A stretch of 64,000 nucleotides of DNA from Octopus sinensis (lineage: Eukaryota): NCBI RefSeq assembly GCF_006345805.1, contig NC_043003.1, forward strand, positions 36,890,001 to 36,954,000, given 5' to 3'. Positions 38,814 through 53,405 of the stretch are shown here, piece after piece (within the stretch, counting starts at the first letter, position 1; each line of letters begins with the position of its first letter). Below the pieces are notes generated by a model that saw only the letters and a program-made list of their open reading frames with translations, searched no databases and was not told the origin of the DNA. A program made the translations under genes and the position numbers.

Positions 38814-39383
38814 CAGGGGTCGGAAACACCTATCATCAAAGCATCATAATTTTATATCTATAAAACCGCCAAAATCTTGATTATTTTTATGTTTTCTGAT
38901 TTATTATTAGAGTTGCTTAATATGTTTTGCTAAAATTGCGGTTTCTTTTCAGATATCATCAGAAAGAGGTAATTAAAATTCATTAAAATTACAGATCTAT
39001 CGGACTTTCAAAGAGTTCAAATTGTTGGTGCTCGTATGGCAGGCGCTAGCGTGACGAAAACTGCCGAAGTTTTGTTTATCTATCTAGAAGTACTGCCTCG
39101 AAAGTAATGACAGCCTTTGAGAAAACCTCCTCGTGGAAACAAAATTCCGGAAGAAAACCAAGACTTTCAGATAGGGAACGTCGGACTCTTACGCGAATTT
39201 TTAGAAAGGATCACAAAAGTACAGCTCCCATAATTACTGCAGAGCTTAATAACCACTTCGAGAATCCAGTTCCCACAAAAACTGTTCACCGGGAGCTGCA
39301 CAAAGTCGAATTTCACGGAAGGGCTGCAACCAGAAAAACACTACTTCCAAAAACAAACGTTGCAAAGTGTTTAGAGTGAAGTA
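38814..39383 (+). mobile_element. Tc1-like transposon, 5' fragment (DNA-binding region)
   Basis: DLSDFQRVQIVGARMAGASVTKTA, SGRKPRLSDRERR, ITAELN, TKTVHRELH; catalytic domain absent. Confidence 0.75.
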
Positions 39384-39384
39384 A

Positions 39385-40846
39385 AAACTTCTGGCAGATT
39401 CGTTGGCGCTTCGGGCAAAATATTTAGCAGTATTTCTTCTGTCTGTACGTTTGTTGCCCAAAATCCGCCAAGGTCAACTTTGCCATTCGGCCTTCGGGCT
39501 TGCACACTGGGAGCCCATGTAATTGACTTCTCTTCTGAAACGACTATACTTATACTATAGGGCAATGGATTAACAGAATCCATAGAGCATCGGACAAACT
39601 AGTATGACGTATTACTTTCGATTCTTACTGTCCATGATTTCAATTCCTACCATTGCTAAAGCTTTCTTTCATCCCTCCATTGTCGGTAAACAGAAATAAC
39701 AATCAAGTAATGGGGTCGATGGTGTCGACTAACCGTCTCTCCTATAAAATATTGGCCTTGTGCCTAAATTAGAAACAATTCTTAGTAGATTCGTGTTATG
39801 CAACCAATAATTTATAGGCAATAATGTCACTTTTAGAGGTGGTAACATCTCAGCTGTTTAAACTGTGAACATGAAAGTTTCAGAATCTGAGGTTAATAAC
39901 TAACGAAATATTTACAGAAAGCGTCTTGTTTGTTTGGAGTTTTAGCTTTTTGCTGTTTTTTTTTTGTTTTTGTTTTTTACTGTGGTGCCTTTTAGTCACT
40001 AATTTTATGTTAGAACCTGATTTGGTAATAAAATTATATATAAACCAAGTGTAAATGGACATATTCATTGAAGATCCAGGAACGTAAATATCGGATAATA
40101 ATTATTTTGCTGACAAACAATGAAGTGAATAACCGATTGAACTGACTAGATGTTTCTTTTATCAATAGCGGAAGGATGAAAGACGAAGTACGTTTATTAC
40201 TTTGTTACAATGTCATAAATGTAGTTTTACAGTTAGTTAGAGTTAAATGAATTTATTTATTTATTTACAGTATTCCTCGTCCCCATCTCTGAAACAAAGT
40301 TCGGAGTAGTTTTACAGTTAGTTTGAGTTCAGCAAATTTGATTACAGTACTACCCTTATTCATCTCTGAATATTGAAAAAAAGGTTTGCCGATGTAGTAT
40401 TAGAAATATTTACTAAAAATAAGGAAGAATGGTCAAGCTGGAATGCTCAGAGCTTCTTGAATCAGGCTTCGTGATCTGAGTCTAATCAACAACAGCATAG
40501 ATCACAAATAAATAATTATACAGGTATATTATTAAATACTTAGGCTCGCTGTGAAATTAAGATTCGCCAGGACAACTTTGGCAGTTTGAAATTACACGCG
40601 AATTGATTACTTAAACTATGTTTAATTTTTTTTAGTTTTGATAAATCGCAAATATTGATTTCAAATTTTGGTACAAGTATAGTAGTTTCAGAAGAGAATT
40701 CAATTACATGGGCTCCCAGTGTGCAACCCCGAAGGCCGAATGGTAAAGTTGACCTTGGCGGATTTTGGACAACAAACGTACAGACAGACGAAATGCTGCT
40801 AAATATTTTGCCCGAGGCGCTAACGAATCTGCCAGCTCGCCGTCTT
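39385..40846. repeat. Inverted pair of a SINE A variant (39385-39556 +, 40677-40846 -)
   Basis: Track ORFs 39371..39583(-) and 40655..40852(+) translate almost identically; the copies share non-consensus sequence. Confidence 0.8.
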
Positions 40847-40859
40847 ACATAGCCCACGA

Positions 40860-41045
40860 ATATTTTTTTCTACTCTAGGCACAATGTCCGAAATTGTTTG
40901 TGGAGGGGACCAGCCGATTAGATAGACCCAAGTATGCAACTGGCACTTAATTTATCGACCTCGAAAGGATGAAAGGCAAAGTCGACCTCGGCGGAATTTG
41001 AACTCAGAACATAAAGACAGACGAAATACTACTAAGCATTTCGCC
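40860..41045 (-). mobile_element. SINE family A (A2 tail)
   Basis: TAGGCACAA...TTTATCGACC...GGCGGAATTTGAACTCAGAAC. Confidence 0.7.
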
Positions 41046-41225
41046 CTTATAGCCCCCAATGACTTCCAGCGACAAGCCATCAAACTCGTGGTGATGCGTT
41101 AATAAGCTGTGCCTAAGACTATTATTTCCATTTTCATAAACGGATTTCTACAACAATCGCATTGCAACCTGAGATAAGATATAAGGGAAACTGCGAACGT
41201 ACAACCTGGCTCATTGTTTCCATCC

Positions 41226-41277
<52 letters not shown>

Positions 41278-41280
<3 letters not shown>

Positions 41281-41578
41281 CGTCACCGACCAGGCTATCA
41301 AATGTTTCTACACATCGCTGGTCACAATGCGCATTGTTTTAGCCTTCAAATGACGCCACCCCGCTGGCTAAGTGAGCAGGCCAACAGAAGAAAGAGTGAG
41401 AGAAAGTTGCGGTGAAAGAGTACAGCAGGGATCGCAACCCACCCCTGCCAGATGCTCGTGGAGCTTTTAGGTTTTTCGCTCAATAAACACTCACAACGCC
41501 CGGTCTGGGAATCGAAACCGTGATCCTACGACTACGACGCGAGTCCGCTGCCCTAACCACTGGACCATTGCGTCTCCA
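41278..41578 (-). mobile_element. SINE family D (tail type 2)
   Basis: 5' ~185 nt match 13062-13245; 3' part differs. Confidence 0.8.
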
Positions 41579-41640
41579 TATATATATATATATATTATAT
41601 ATACATACATACATATATATATATATATTATATACATATA

Positions 41641-41685
<45 letters not shown>

Positions 41686-41904
41686 ATAATATATATATAT
41701 ATAATATACACATAGCTTACATGTGCTTGTGTAATTGAATTCGTCTCATCTCAGAGAAATCTTACACTGGCAAATGTTTACTTCGTGACATGCAGTCAGT
41801 TATGCTATAGCACGTGGCCCGGACCGACATTGCACCAACAGACAGTAGCTAAACTTAATCCAAAATGGCGACGATCATCTTCGATGTGGCATTCATTTTT
41901 TCCT

Positions 41905-42163
41905 TTCTTTTAATCTTTTATCGGTTTCAGTCATTTGACTGCGTCCATGCTGGAACACCACCTTTAGTCGAACAAATCGCCCCCAGGACTTATTCTTTGT
42001 AAACCTAGTACTATTCTATCGATTTATTTTGCCGATCAACTAAGTTACGCAGGGCCGTATGCACACAAACGTCGGTTGTCAAGTGATGGTGGGGGGACAA
42101 ACACAGACACACAAACATACACACACACATACCCACACACACACACACATATATATATATATT

Positions 42164-42206
<43 letters not shown>

Positions 42207-42385
42207 GTATATATATATATGTATGTCTATATATACGATGGGCTTCTTACAGTTTCCGTCTACCAAATCCACTCACAAGGCTTTGGTTGACCCGAGGCTA
42301 CAGTAGAAAGCACTTACCCAACTTCTGACGCTGTGAGACCGAACACGGAACCATGTGCTTAGTAAGCAAGCTACTTTATTTCATG
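41905..42385 (-). mobile_element. SINE family B with expanded internal microsatellite
   Basis: Aligns with the other B copies. Confidence 0.8.
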
Positions 42386-42699
42386 AAATGTGCCATGAAG
42401 GCTTTACAAAGAGGGGACGAATAAAGACGAACACACAGCCACTCTTGCGCCTATTATATATATGTATTTCCGTCATCAACATTTTTTCTTTCCAACATCA
42501 TTTACTCGTTCCTTCTTTTTTCTTTTCCTTTTCAGCAGTAGTGTCGTTTTCCTTGTAAATTTTCTCTCCAGAAGTAGATTCGGCTTTTGATTAATGACGC
42601 GATGAAAATTAAAATCCTGATACAATTAAGTATTCCGCACTGTATAAATGTAGAGTTTGCGATCTATCATCCGATATTGGTTTGATCTGAATGAGACCG

Positions 42700-43023
42700 T
42701 ACTAAAAAATACTGGCATTTCGTCGTCTACGACGAGGAGGGTGACGGTTGACCCGATCAACCGAGCAAACTGATCGTGAAATTAACGTGCAAGTGGTTGA
42801 GCACTCCACAGACACGCCTGCTCTTAATGTAGTTCTTAGGGAGATTCGGCGTGACTAAAAATGTAATAATTCTGGCTCTTTGAAATACAGATGCTTCTTA
42901 ATTGTGCCTGCTAACTGGACTGGAGTAATGTGAAATAAACTGTCTTGCTCAAAGGCACCGGAAATCGAACTGACGGCCCAAATCGTGAGCCGAATACCCT
43001 AACCGTTAAGTCACGCGCCTTCA
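42700..43023 (-). mobile_element. tRNA-headed SINE, family F (a 3' fragment also at 45770-45885)
   Basis: Head GGCGCGTGACTTAACGGTTAGGG...GTTCGATTTCC; TTGAGCAAGAC core as in family E; tail GTGTCTGTGGAGTGCTC shared with 45770-45885. Confidence 0.65.
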
Positions 43024-43440
43024 GACCGAACTGAATCCTATGAAATATGATTTCTACTTCGAGAAACTTTTTAAAATTTAGTTGAAAATTTCATATTCAT
43101 TTACTCAGATCTTTCACTGCATTTTCTATTCTGAGTCATCTATACACGACTTTGAACATATTACTTAAGTTCACTAATAATATAGCTATAATTGTTCATA
43201 CTTTATACTGAAGATTTATAGATCTAAAAACGCACCTAGAAACAACAGAAAGAATGATTTCGCATCCATATGATATAAAGTACTGGACTTTGATGCAAAT
43301 CTTACACTTGACAATAAATATTAGCGAATTCTATTTCTGACAAAAAGAGGTGCAAACGAAAACAAAAACGAAAAGCATGTGTAGCTTAGAAACAACAGAG
43401 ATGTACGTGTATGGGTGAATGTGTGTGTCTGTGTGTGTGT

Positions 43441-43480
<40 letters not shown>

Positions 43481-43849
43481 CTGTGCGTGAGCGCGCGATT
43501 ACCTGCGTACATTGAAAATGTGGCTGTGAATTGCACACAAATGTCCCAAAATAACAATGAAAACAGAAACTCGGAAGTCAAACTAAAAATCTAACTGATT
43601 ATCAAATTGCTGGATGAAGAGAAACGAGGCTAGTAATTTTTGTTATTTTTCCTCCTATATCTGAAAGAATTTTCATGGTTAACTATTCTGTTTGATAAAA
43701 CATGAGCTAGCTCCTATATAGAAATACTCTTCGACTTCTGAGATAACTTTGCACCTGTAAACAACATTTTTAGTTTTACATCGGCAATTTAAAGAGCATC
43801 GTCTACTCTATCACAAATATTAGTTCTAATTCTATTATTATTTACTACG

Positions 43850-44640
43850 TTGGTTTCATTCGGATTAATTTCTAAAATATTTTGCCAAAATTTGGCATCT
43901 TTGTATTGCAATTCTTCTCCACTGTTCGTCGAATTTTGCGATGACTGAAACGAAGGAACAACGCGTTTCAGTGAAAGTCTGTTTGCTACTGGGGAAAACG
44001 GCAGCCAAAACAGTTGTCACTACAAACAGCTTACAAGGACGCTGCAATGAGTAAAACAGAAGTATACGAGTGATTTTCTCGCTTTAAGAATTGTCACTTG
44101 TCGCTTTAAAACCAGCCTCACTCAGGGCCTCCATCGACCGCCCGGACGAATGAAAATATCACGAAAATTCATGAACTGATCTTGGCGGACCGTTGCTGAA
44201 CAACTGACGAGCTTGTTTGTTCTGGAGCTCCTACCAACGAATTTTGAGCGAAGAACTGCGAATGAAAAGTCTTGCAGCAAAATTTGTGCCTCACTTGCTC
44301 ATGGAAGATCAAAAGCGGTCACGACTGAATGCATGTTGTGAACTGAAATAACAGTTGGAAGTTGATCTCGACCTATTTTCAAAGGTCATCACAGGTGAGG
44401 AAGTCTGATGCTACGGAATTTCCAGATATGGAAGAGGTGAAGAAAAAAGCGACAGAGATGTTAAAAGGTATAACTTTGCGAGAGTTCCATCACTGCTTCG
44501 AAAAGTGATAAAACGCATCTGGGTCAAACATTGCTTCAAGTGTAGAAAACTTTGAAGACGATAAAAGAATAAACATGTAGTACTAAGTGAATAAAATAAT
44601 ATTGAAAACATTCGGTTTCTTTTGGGATTCTCTCTTGTAT
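43850..44640 (+). mobile_element. mariner transposon relic with internal deletion
   Basis: EQRVSVKVCLLLGKTA, AKFVPHLL, KVITGEE; then jumps to FPDMEEVKKK, so most of the DD34D domain is missing. Confidence 0.8.
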
Positions 44641-44779
44641 GCGATAATTATTAAAACTACCAAATACAGTGTTAGACTAATCACTGTACTGGAAGCTGAC
44701 TGTATAATGATAATCTACATGGGGCTCTAACTCATATAGGAACAGTCATACATCTAAGTGTACACAGAACAGAATCTAT

Positions 44780-45030
44780 GCATGAATGTATGTATGTATG
44801 TATGTATGTATGTATGTATGTATGTATGTATGTATGTATGTATGTATGCATGCATGCATGTATGTATGTATGCATGTATGTATGTATGTATGCATGCATG
44901 TATGTATGTATGTATGTATGTATGCATGTATGTATGTATGTATGTATGTATGTATGTATGCATGCATGCATGCATGTATGTATGTATGTATGTATGTATG
45001 TATGTATGTATGTATGTATGTATGTATGTA
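44780..45030. repeat. (ATGT)n/(ATGC)n tetranucleotide array
   Basis: Direct reading. Confidence 0.95.
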
Positions 45031-45361
45031 TTGAACTGATTTATGAAAAGTTCATGCGTATTACGGCACACTTCATTAGAGTATATTGCCGTTATCTGAT
45101 GTGCCGATTGAAATTTCGCAGGGCGATTAGGCAATCCGAGAAATATTCCTAAATCTGCTTAATCGAGTGTACGCCTTATCTCGAAACTTATCCAGGTGCT
45201 AAAATGTATTATTTATAATTACTTTTAGTTTAAAGCATCCAGAAATTGGACTATGTCTAGTCTTATATTTCGATATGTGTCCAGCCAGTCAGTTTGTTTG
45301 TATCTTCACCATAATATATCTTACATTCAATAGGTAATTTGATATATTTCGTTTCCTCCTC

Positions 45362-45435
<74 letters not shown>

Positions 45436-46054
45436 GAGAGAGAAAGAAAGATAGAGCGAGAGACAGCCAGAGACAGACGGACAGACAGAGACAGAGAAAG
45501 ATAATATAGAGTCTAAATGTGATCTAATCAAAGGACTAGATTTCACTGTGCAATTAAATATATATACATTTGACTCTATACACATATTTATGTATTTCTC
45601 TATGATCATACTCATGATCACCAGTTACGTATTGATGTATATTCCATGCAATTATCTATATTCTAATAGAAATATCTCCACTCTGAGATTCAAAAATAGT
45701 ACTTATAATATTTGGAAAATAATAATGCTATCATTAGAAGTATATCTCTCTATAACGTGGAACTCCGTCGGTTACGACGAGCGGGGTTCTAGTTGATCCG
45801 ATCAACCGAACAGCCTGGTAATGAACGTGCAAGTGGCTGAGCACTCCACAGACACGTGTAGCCTTAACGTAGTTCTCGGGGGAGACCACCACCTCCTGCC
45901 GGGGCCTCACTCTTTCTATATGTACATACATATATATATATATATATGCATTGATATATGTATCTATACTTACATAGAGAGATAGATACACAAATACATA
46001 CATACATATATACATACATACATACATACATACATACATACATACATACATACA

Positions 46055-46088
<34 letters not shown>

Positions 46089-46167
46089 CATACATACATG
46101 CATGTATTGCATACAGACATATATACATACATATAGTGTATATTTATATATAGTGTATATTTATATA

Positions 46168-46391
46168 AGGCGGCGAGCTGGCAGAAACGTTAGCATGCCG
46201 GGCGAAATGCTTAGCGGTATTTTGTCTGCCGCTACGTTCTGAGTTCAAATTCCGCCGAGGTCGACTTTGCCTTTCATCCTTTCGGGGTCGATAAATTAAG
46301 TACCAGTTCACTGGGTCGATGTAATCGACTTAATCCGTTTGTCTGTCCTTATTTGTCCCGTCTGTGTTTAGCCCCTTGTGGTAGTAAAAAT

Positions 46392-46392
<1 letters not shown>
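46168..46392 (+). mobile_element. SINE family A1, full length, followed by (TA)n
   Basis: AGGCGGCGAGCTGGCAGAAACG...GAGTTCAAATTCCGCC...AGCCCCTTGTGG. Confidence 0.9.
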
Positions 46393-46440
<48 letters not shown>

Positions 46441-46445
46441 ATATA

Positions 46446-46507
<62 letters not shown>

Positions 46508-46741
46508 ATATATATATATATATAACATATATAATATATATATTATATATAGTGGGTATTTATACGAATCTTTATATACAAGAAACTATTAAACTACTAA
46601 AGAATTTCGCACTATATCTATTTATTTACATCTGTGAGTATATCTATTTATCTGTATTTGCACATATCTATTTATACATACACATATACATGCACACATA
46701 CACAACACACATACATATATATATATTATATATTATATATT

Positions 46742-46789
<48 letters not shown>

Positions 46790-48219
46790 ATTACATATTA
46801 TATATATATATATATACTATATCTATAAATAATAATTATATATATCATATATATATATAGTATAACGATAAACACACACGCTCGGTATATACGCATATAC
46901 AGAAAGATACAGTTTTGTACGTAAGTATAAAATGTAGGTATGATTTTGGTGAATGTATTCGTATATGAAAGTCGTAAGCAGCAACACATTATCGGAGAGG
47001 CGAGAAAACTCTCATAAACAACACATTGTAACATACGTCTGAACATTGCCAGTATCATAAATCATATTATAATGTTTGTTTTTCCATTTTTGACTTTTTC
47101 CTTCTTCAAATGTCAATGAAACGGTATCCATTTTTGATGCTTTAGCGTCTCAAAAGATGGCGGGCAACAAAAGAAAAAAAAATAAACATACTATTGATTT
47201 CTGCAGCTTAGCACTGTTGTCTTATCTTCAGAAATCTTTTCCTAAAGTTTGCAGCGTGATAAAAATCCATATGTGTCGAATATTATGATGGATTCCGTCT
47301 TGTCAACGTCAACAACGTCGGCAACAATGGCAGAAATATTTAGGAATAAACAAATAAACAAATAAAAGGAACAAAAAAAAAATAAATCTACAAAAACAAC
47401 AACAACAACAACATCTCAGTGTTTACGATAAGAAACTGCTAGCCTGGACCAAACAGTTATCAGTTTATCTTAGTCGTGTTGTTCTATTTGTTATTATTGT
47501 TGTTATTGTTGGTGATGTTGTCACTTTGTTTTTGTTTTGTTGGCGCTGGTGCTGGCACTAATGGAGGTAATATGCTGTCGTCGTTGTTGCTTTATATTTA
47601 TCACCAATTCTTAATGATTTATGTTAGGTCGATTTCCTGCATGAAAGCCGGTGCTTATTTACTGTTCTTTATCATCAGAGACATCGCTGACGTACTAGAT
47701 TTGACCTATGTTTCAGTCATGAATTAATTCATTTGTAACCTAACACACCAGATATTTGATTTAGGGGAACAGTGCGTTTGTCTCAGACGACAATTCTGCA
47801 CGTAAAATAGGTTACGTTTGCTCTTACTTAGATTCTTCTTAATTTGACCCAATTCAGGAAGTGTTTCAGAAATGTCCTGTTCTATATATTTTGAAGAAAC
47901 TATGACAAACGCTTCGTTACTTATTTTAACTATATACATACATACATACGTACATACATACATACATACATACATAAATATAAATAAATACAGATAGATA
48001 GATGGATAGATAGATAAATATTGATAGATAGATAAATAGATAGATAGATAGATAGATAGATAGAAAGATACATAGATAGATGTGCATGTATACGGATATG
48101 CATATATGCATATATATAAATACATGTATATATGTGTGTGTGTCTGTATGTATGTATGTATAGATATATATGTATGGATATGTATAGATAGATATGCATA
48201 TATATATATATACATGTAC

Positions 48220-48250
<31 letters not shown>

Positions 48251-48409
48251 ATATTTCGGAATGGTCATATTGCCAGTTTAGCCAATAAAAACACACGCAC
48301 TATATATTTGGTGTTATTTTGCTTCAGTGATATTTATTTTTTACATTAATCTTAATCTTATTTCGGCCAAAGTTCTTTCGTCACACTCCTGTATGTATAT
48401 ATATGTATA

Positions 48410-49065
48410 TATATATATACATGTATATATTCTTTTCTTTTATACTTTTACTTTTATCAGTCATTTAACTGGTGCCAAGCTGGAGCACTGCCCATAGACG
48501 AACAAATCGACCCTAGGACTTATGTATATATGTATATATAAATATATATATACATATATATATATACATATATATACATATATATACATATATATATATA
48601 TACATATATATATACATCAATATACATATATATATATATATATATGCATATATACACATATATATAAATATATATATATATATATACATACATATATATA
48701 TATATATATACATGTATATATTCTTTTCTTTTATACTTTTACTTTTATCAGTCATTTAACTGGTGCCAAGCTGGAGCACTGCCCATAGACGAACAAATCG
48801 ATCCTAGGACTTATGTTACGGCGATGTAAACACACTAATATCGGTTGTCAAGCGATGGAGGGTCGACAAACAAAGACACACAAGCATGTATATACATATA
48901 TATATACATACGACGGGTTTCTTTCAGTTTTCGTCTGCCAAATCCACCCACAAGGCTCGGTCCGAGGCTATAGCAGAAGACACTCGCCCAAGGTGCCACC
49001 CATTGGGACCGAACCTGGAATCATCTAGTTGGGTAGCAAGCTTTTTACCACACAGCCATGCTTGC
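48410..49065 (-). mobile_element. SINE family B (internally deleted) with a tandem-duplicated 3' end
   Basis: ~48420-48525 repeated at ~48711-48816. Confidence 0.8.
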
Positions 49066-51025
49066 AAAAATACAGGCAGACAGATAGATAAATAGCTAGA
49101 TACATACATATATACATACATACGTAGACCTTTTTCGTAAAGTTTCTTTTATATAAAACCTTATATAACTAAGCATACACGCACACACGCATGCACACAC
49201 ACACACACACATACTCGCACAAACGCACACACACACACATACACTGACTTGTCGTGAGACATTGTTACCTGTAATCTGATGCCGCTGCTTAACATCTCCA
49301 GTGAATTCGCATCATTTTCATTGGTTACTTGTTCGTAGTTTTCATATATGTCGATATTCAATAATACACTTCAACACAATAGAATGTGTGTGTACTACAT
49401 AAGTGATGAGCGTTTCGCTTGGATACTTTACAATGTAATTCGTTAATAGATTAAGATTTACAGGCGTTGTTATTCAAGGGAAAGCCATATTCTGCATCTG
49501 AGTGACATTTTCAAACCTGTTGTATTTACGTATAATGAAAGATTTTTCCACATAATTTAGATATCCACAAAAGATATTCCATAAATTCTCTTTCATTTAA
49601 CCCATGCTTACGACTAAGATTAAAAACTTCGCTTTTGTATTTGGCTTGCAAGATTCTTTATGCGAATCCGTGTGTTGGAACAAATTTTGTTGTATCCAGG
49701 TAGAGTCATTATTTCTGTTTTACACACACAAACATATACATGTATATGTGTGTGTGCGTATGTAAACCCGCGGTATGTGTGTGTATGTGTGTAAAACAGG
49801 CTTACGCACAGTTTCTGTCGACCAAATCCACTTACAATACAATGGCCGGTTCAGAAGGTACCCAAGCTATTGGTTAAATAGATACTATGTATCAGTAAAA
49901 TCTATTTCTTTATGAACAGAGAAATGCACATAATTAATCAAAAACTGCTTTCTTAAATCGCATCGGTCTTTTCGATACCAATTATGTACTGACGGATTTA
50001 TGCTACATCTTTCACTCCACTTCAGTGAGTTTCAATAAGATTTGCCTTGAGATTTTAGTAGAGGAGCACTTGGTTTGATCAGGGATTGTTTGTAATATTT
50101 TATCGATATCATTCTAGTAATACGGAGTCCGATATCAAGAGGTGTGTATGCGGTCATTGCGGAATCATTCGTTCGGACCTTTGGCATCTGGTCTTGTAAT
50201 CTGTCATCCATAGTTGGACAATTACTAGATTCTAATAATAGAATGTTTGTTATTGGAATTCACGTAACTTCTTTCAAGAGTTTCATGATTTCCATCATTC
50301 CAAGCCATATTACCCATGCTAGATATGTTCTACATTGGCATTCCTAATCTTTGGCGGTATTTTTTTTACTTCTATAAACGAGGAGACGCGAATAGTGTAA
50401 ATTAGATTGTGAATCTTTGCAATTATCAATATGGCATATTGGCAGACATAATGTAAGTGCTACTTTCATATTCTAATATAGAATTTGGTTCATAACTATT
50501 AGCAGAACACGATTAAATGTACAGAAATTCTCTTAATATCCCTATGTTGAGTAAATCAATATGTGTAGGTTTTAGGGATCCGTAGATAATTACTAGTATC
50601 TCAGGAGATGTAGCGTATATATTATATATTTGATTATTTCATTTTTCGTCTACTGACTCATATATCCGCGTATAAATTAATTAATTTAATACATTACTTC
50701 TGAAGTATCACAAGCATTAGATATTGTAAAAACATCTCTAAACAAGAGATGATTTCCTTGGTGACAAGGGAAGGGTGTGTGCTCTCAATGGAATAGATTA
50801 ATCTTTAGAAAATATTGATAAATAGGAGCATTATTTCGCAGAATTATTCGTCGTTTAAACATACATTTATCCCCCTCATAAGATAAGCAGTTTCTTCTCG
50901 CAGCTCTAAACAATAGCAACTCTCTTATTATATGTGACATTGCAGGTGGCATTCAGAAGAATGCGTAGTATATGTAGTATTTGACAAATACTATCTGCTT
51001 TTATATATATATATATGTTTGTATA

Positions 51026-52212
51026 TTCGGTCATCCCATAAACTATGCGATTTTTTACTCAATTGCATAAGCTAAAATTCGGAGGGGGATGGGATAAACT
51101 GCCAGCATCAACTTGATATAAAAGCGGGTAGTTGTTTTACCTTGTCTTATTCTTAGTGCAAGTTTTGAAGAGTGAAATTCGATTTTAACAGTTATTTTTT
51201 TCAAAGCTAAAACGGAACTGACAAATGAGCATGTTCTGCATATTTTGCTTCGAGTTCAATAAAGGCAACAACACAAAAGAAAGTGCGTGGAATATTAATG
51301 CAGTGTCAACGGTGGTTCCAGAAATCCTGAACCGGAAACTACAACCTAGAAGACGAGCCTCGTCCTGGAAGAAATGAAGAGCTAGACGAGGACGTCCTGC
51401 AAATCCTGGTGGAAGCAAATCCCATCGTACCTGTTGAGGAACTAGCAGAGAAGCTTGGATTTGGTCATTTAATCATTCATTGACACCTGTGTGCCATCGG
51501 AAAAGTCAGCAAATTCGGTCACTGGATTCCTCACAAACTTTCTGAGTCTAATCGTATACAGAGAGTGAATGTGTGCTCTTCTTTGCTGTCACGTCTCACG
51601 AATAAACTGTTTTTGGACCGAATAGTGACTGGTGAGGAGAAATGGGTGCTCTATAAAAAAAATGTCAAGTGCCGAAGACAGTGGGTAGGGAACGGAGAAA
51701 TACCGGCACGCCAGGCTAAAGAAAGTTTTCACCCAGGTAAAGGTCTGTTTGGTGGGATATTAAAGGTTTAGCCAACTTTAAACCAAACAATAGCAAAGAC
51801 ACCGCTAGAAGAAAAACAACCATTTTTGGTTTCAAGACGAAAGGTGGTCTTCCATCAGGATAATTCTCGGCCACATAGAACAATGATGACATTCCAAAGG
51901 CTGGAGCAGTTTGAATGGGAATCGATGCCCCACCATCATATTCGCCGGTCATTGTCCCATGTGGTTATCATTTATTCCGCAGGCTTCAAAATTATTTGGA
52001 CAAAAAAATATAAATTCTGTAGACGTGGTCAGAACAGTACTGGAGGAGTATTTTTCGTCACGGACAAGTGAAGTTTGGTAGAGGGGCCTTGCAAGTCTAC
52101 TAGATAGATGGAAGAGCATTGTACAAAAGTGAAGGAGAGTATATTTTAGGTTTAAAAAGAACTTTGTTTATCTCAATTTTGATAAATATAAGAAGTGTTA
52201 AAAACCGCATAT
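51026..52212 (+). mobile_element. mariner transposon, near full length, decayed
   Basis: WIPHKL, RIVTGEEKWVLY, HQDNSRPH and YHLF motifs; partial TIR match (ATGCGATTTTTT vs AAAAACCGCAT). Confidence 0.85.
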
Positions 52213-52229
52213 ATATGTATATATATATA

Positions 52230-52282
<53 letters not shown>

Positions 52283-53405
52283 ATATATATACGTACATAT
52301 ATAAACTGTAATACGCTTTATTGCTAGTGAAATTTATGTTGGTATTTTGAATATTACACATTGTATAAACGTGAAACTCAGATCCTCGGCAGTGATCATT
52401 TCAATGGCAATGATAAGCTACATGCAAAGCTATATTGAGTTATGTATTTTGAAGTATTTCCAAATCTATTATGAAATGCCCCTAAAACGAAGTGTCTGAC
52501 AACAACAGAGAAGACGCGGCTTATCCCAAGAGAATTATCCAAAGAGTTTGGTCGAGATACAAGAACATTGAAGGCGTAAGTGGAAAACTCTTTCACCAAA
52601 GCAAGATAAAGGTACGAGAAGAAGTATATTCCAGCGTGACATCTGAAAAATAGGTAGACAAGTAAGAAAATACCTCATTAGCACAAGTGCTGCCATATTT
52701 GAAAGTCCTGGGGTTGCTCCTTTGTCCAGAAGCACCTGGTTTAGGATCCTTAAAGAGACGGCCAGAAGTGTTAAGTGCATCGCTAAACCCATCCTAAGCA
52801 AGATCCACAAAGAGAAGCGTATTCATTGGTCACAGAAGTACATGGAGATAAATTTCCAAGATGTCCTCTTCACGGATGAGGCCAGAGCTACTCTGGATGG
52901 CCCCGATTTATGGGCCAAAGCTTGGATATCTTTCGAAGCCTCTCACCCACATCGCATTCGGCGTCAACAACGTGGTGGCGGTGTCATGTTTTGGGCGGGT
53001 ATCATAGGAAATGAACTTGTCGGACCTTTCCAAGGAGCCAGAAGGTATCAAACTCACTAGCTGCGCTTCTACACCGCGTTTCTGGAGGTGCATTTTGCAG
53101 TATGGTTAGATGATTTGCCACTCTCCCGTCGACAGTGATTGATTTTTGTACATGACAATGATCCTTGGAATTCCGCCAGGGCTACATTTTCGTACCTTGT
53201 AACTTTGGGAATCGCAGACCAATCACTCGTGACTTGGTATCCCTGTTCTCCTGACCTAAACCCTATCGAACAGCTCTGGTCGATCTTAAAGAGGTAAGTG
53301 TATGAAGGAGTCATCCAGTTTTCATCGAAGGAGGCCCTGTGCGAAAACATCAAAACAGCTGCTGATAACATAACATGTTCTCAGATTAGTCGGCTAACAG
53401 TTTCT

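Noticed and set aside
47154-47163. YY1-like AAGATGGCGG promoter motif
   Set aside because: A single short motif with no supporting CpG island or transcript evidence
50050-50350. Coding-like stretch on the minus strand
   Set aside because: Short frames with stops, no recognisable motif and no convincing splice pair
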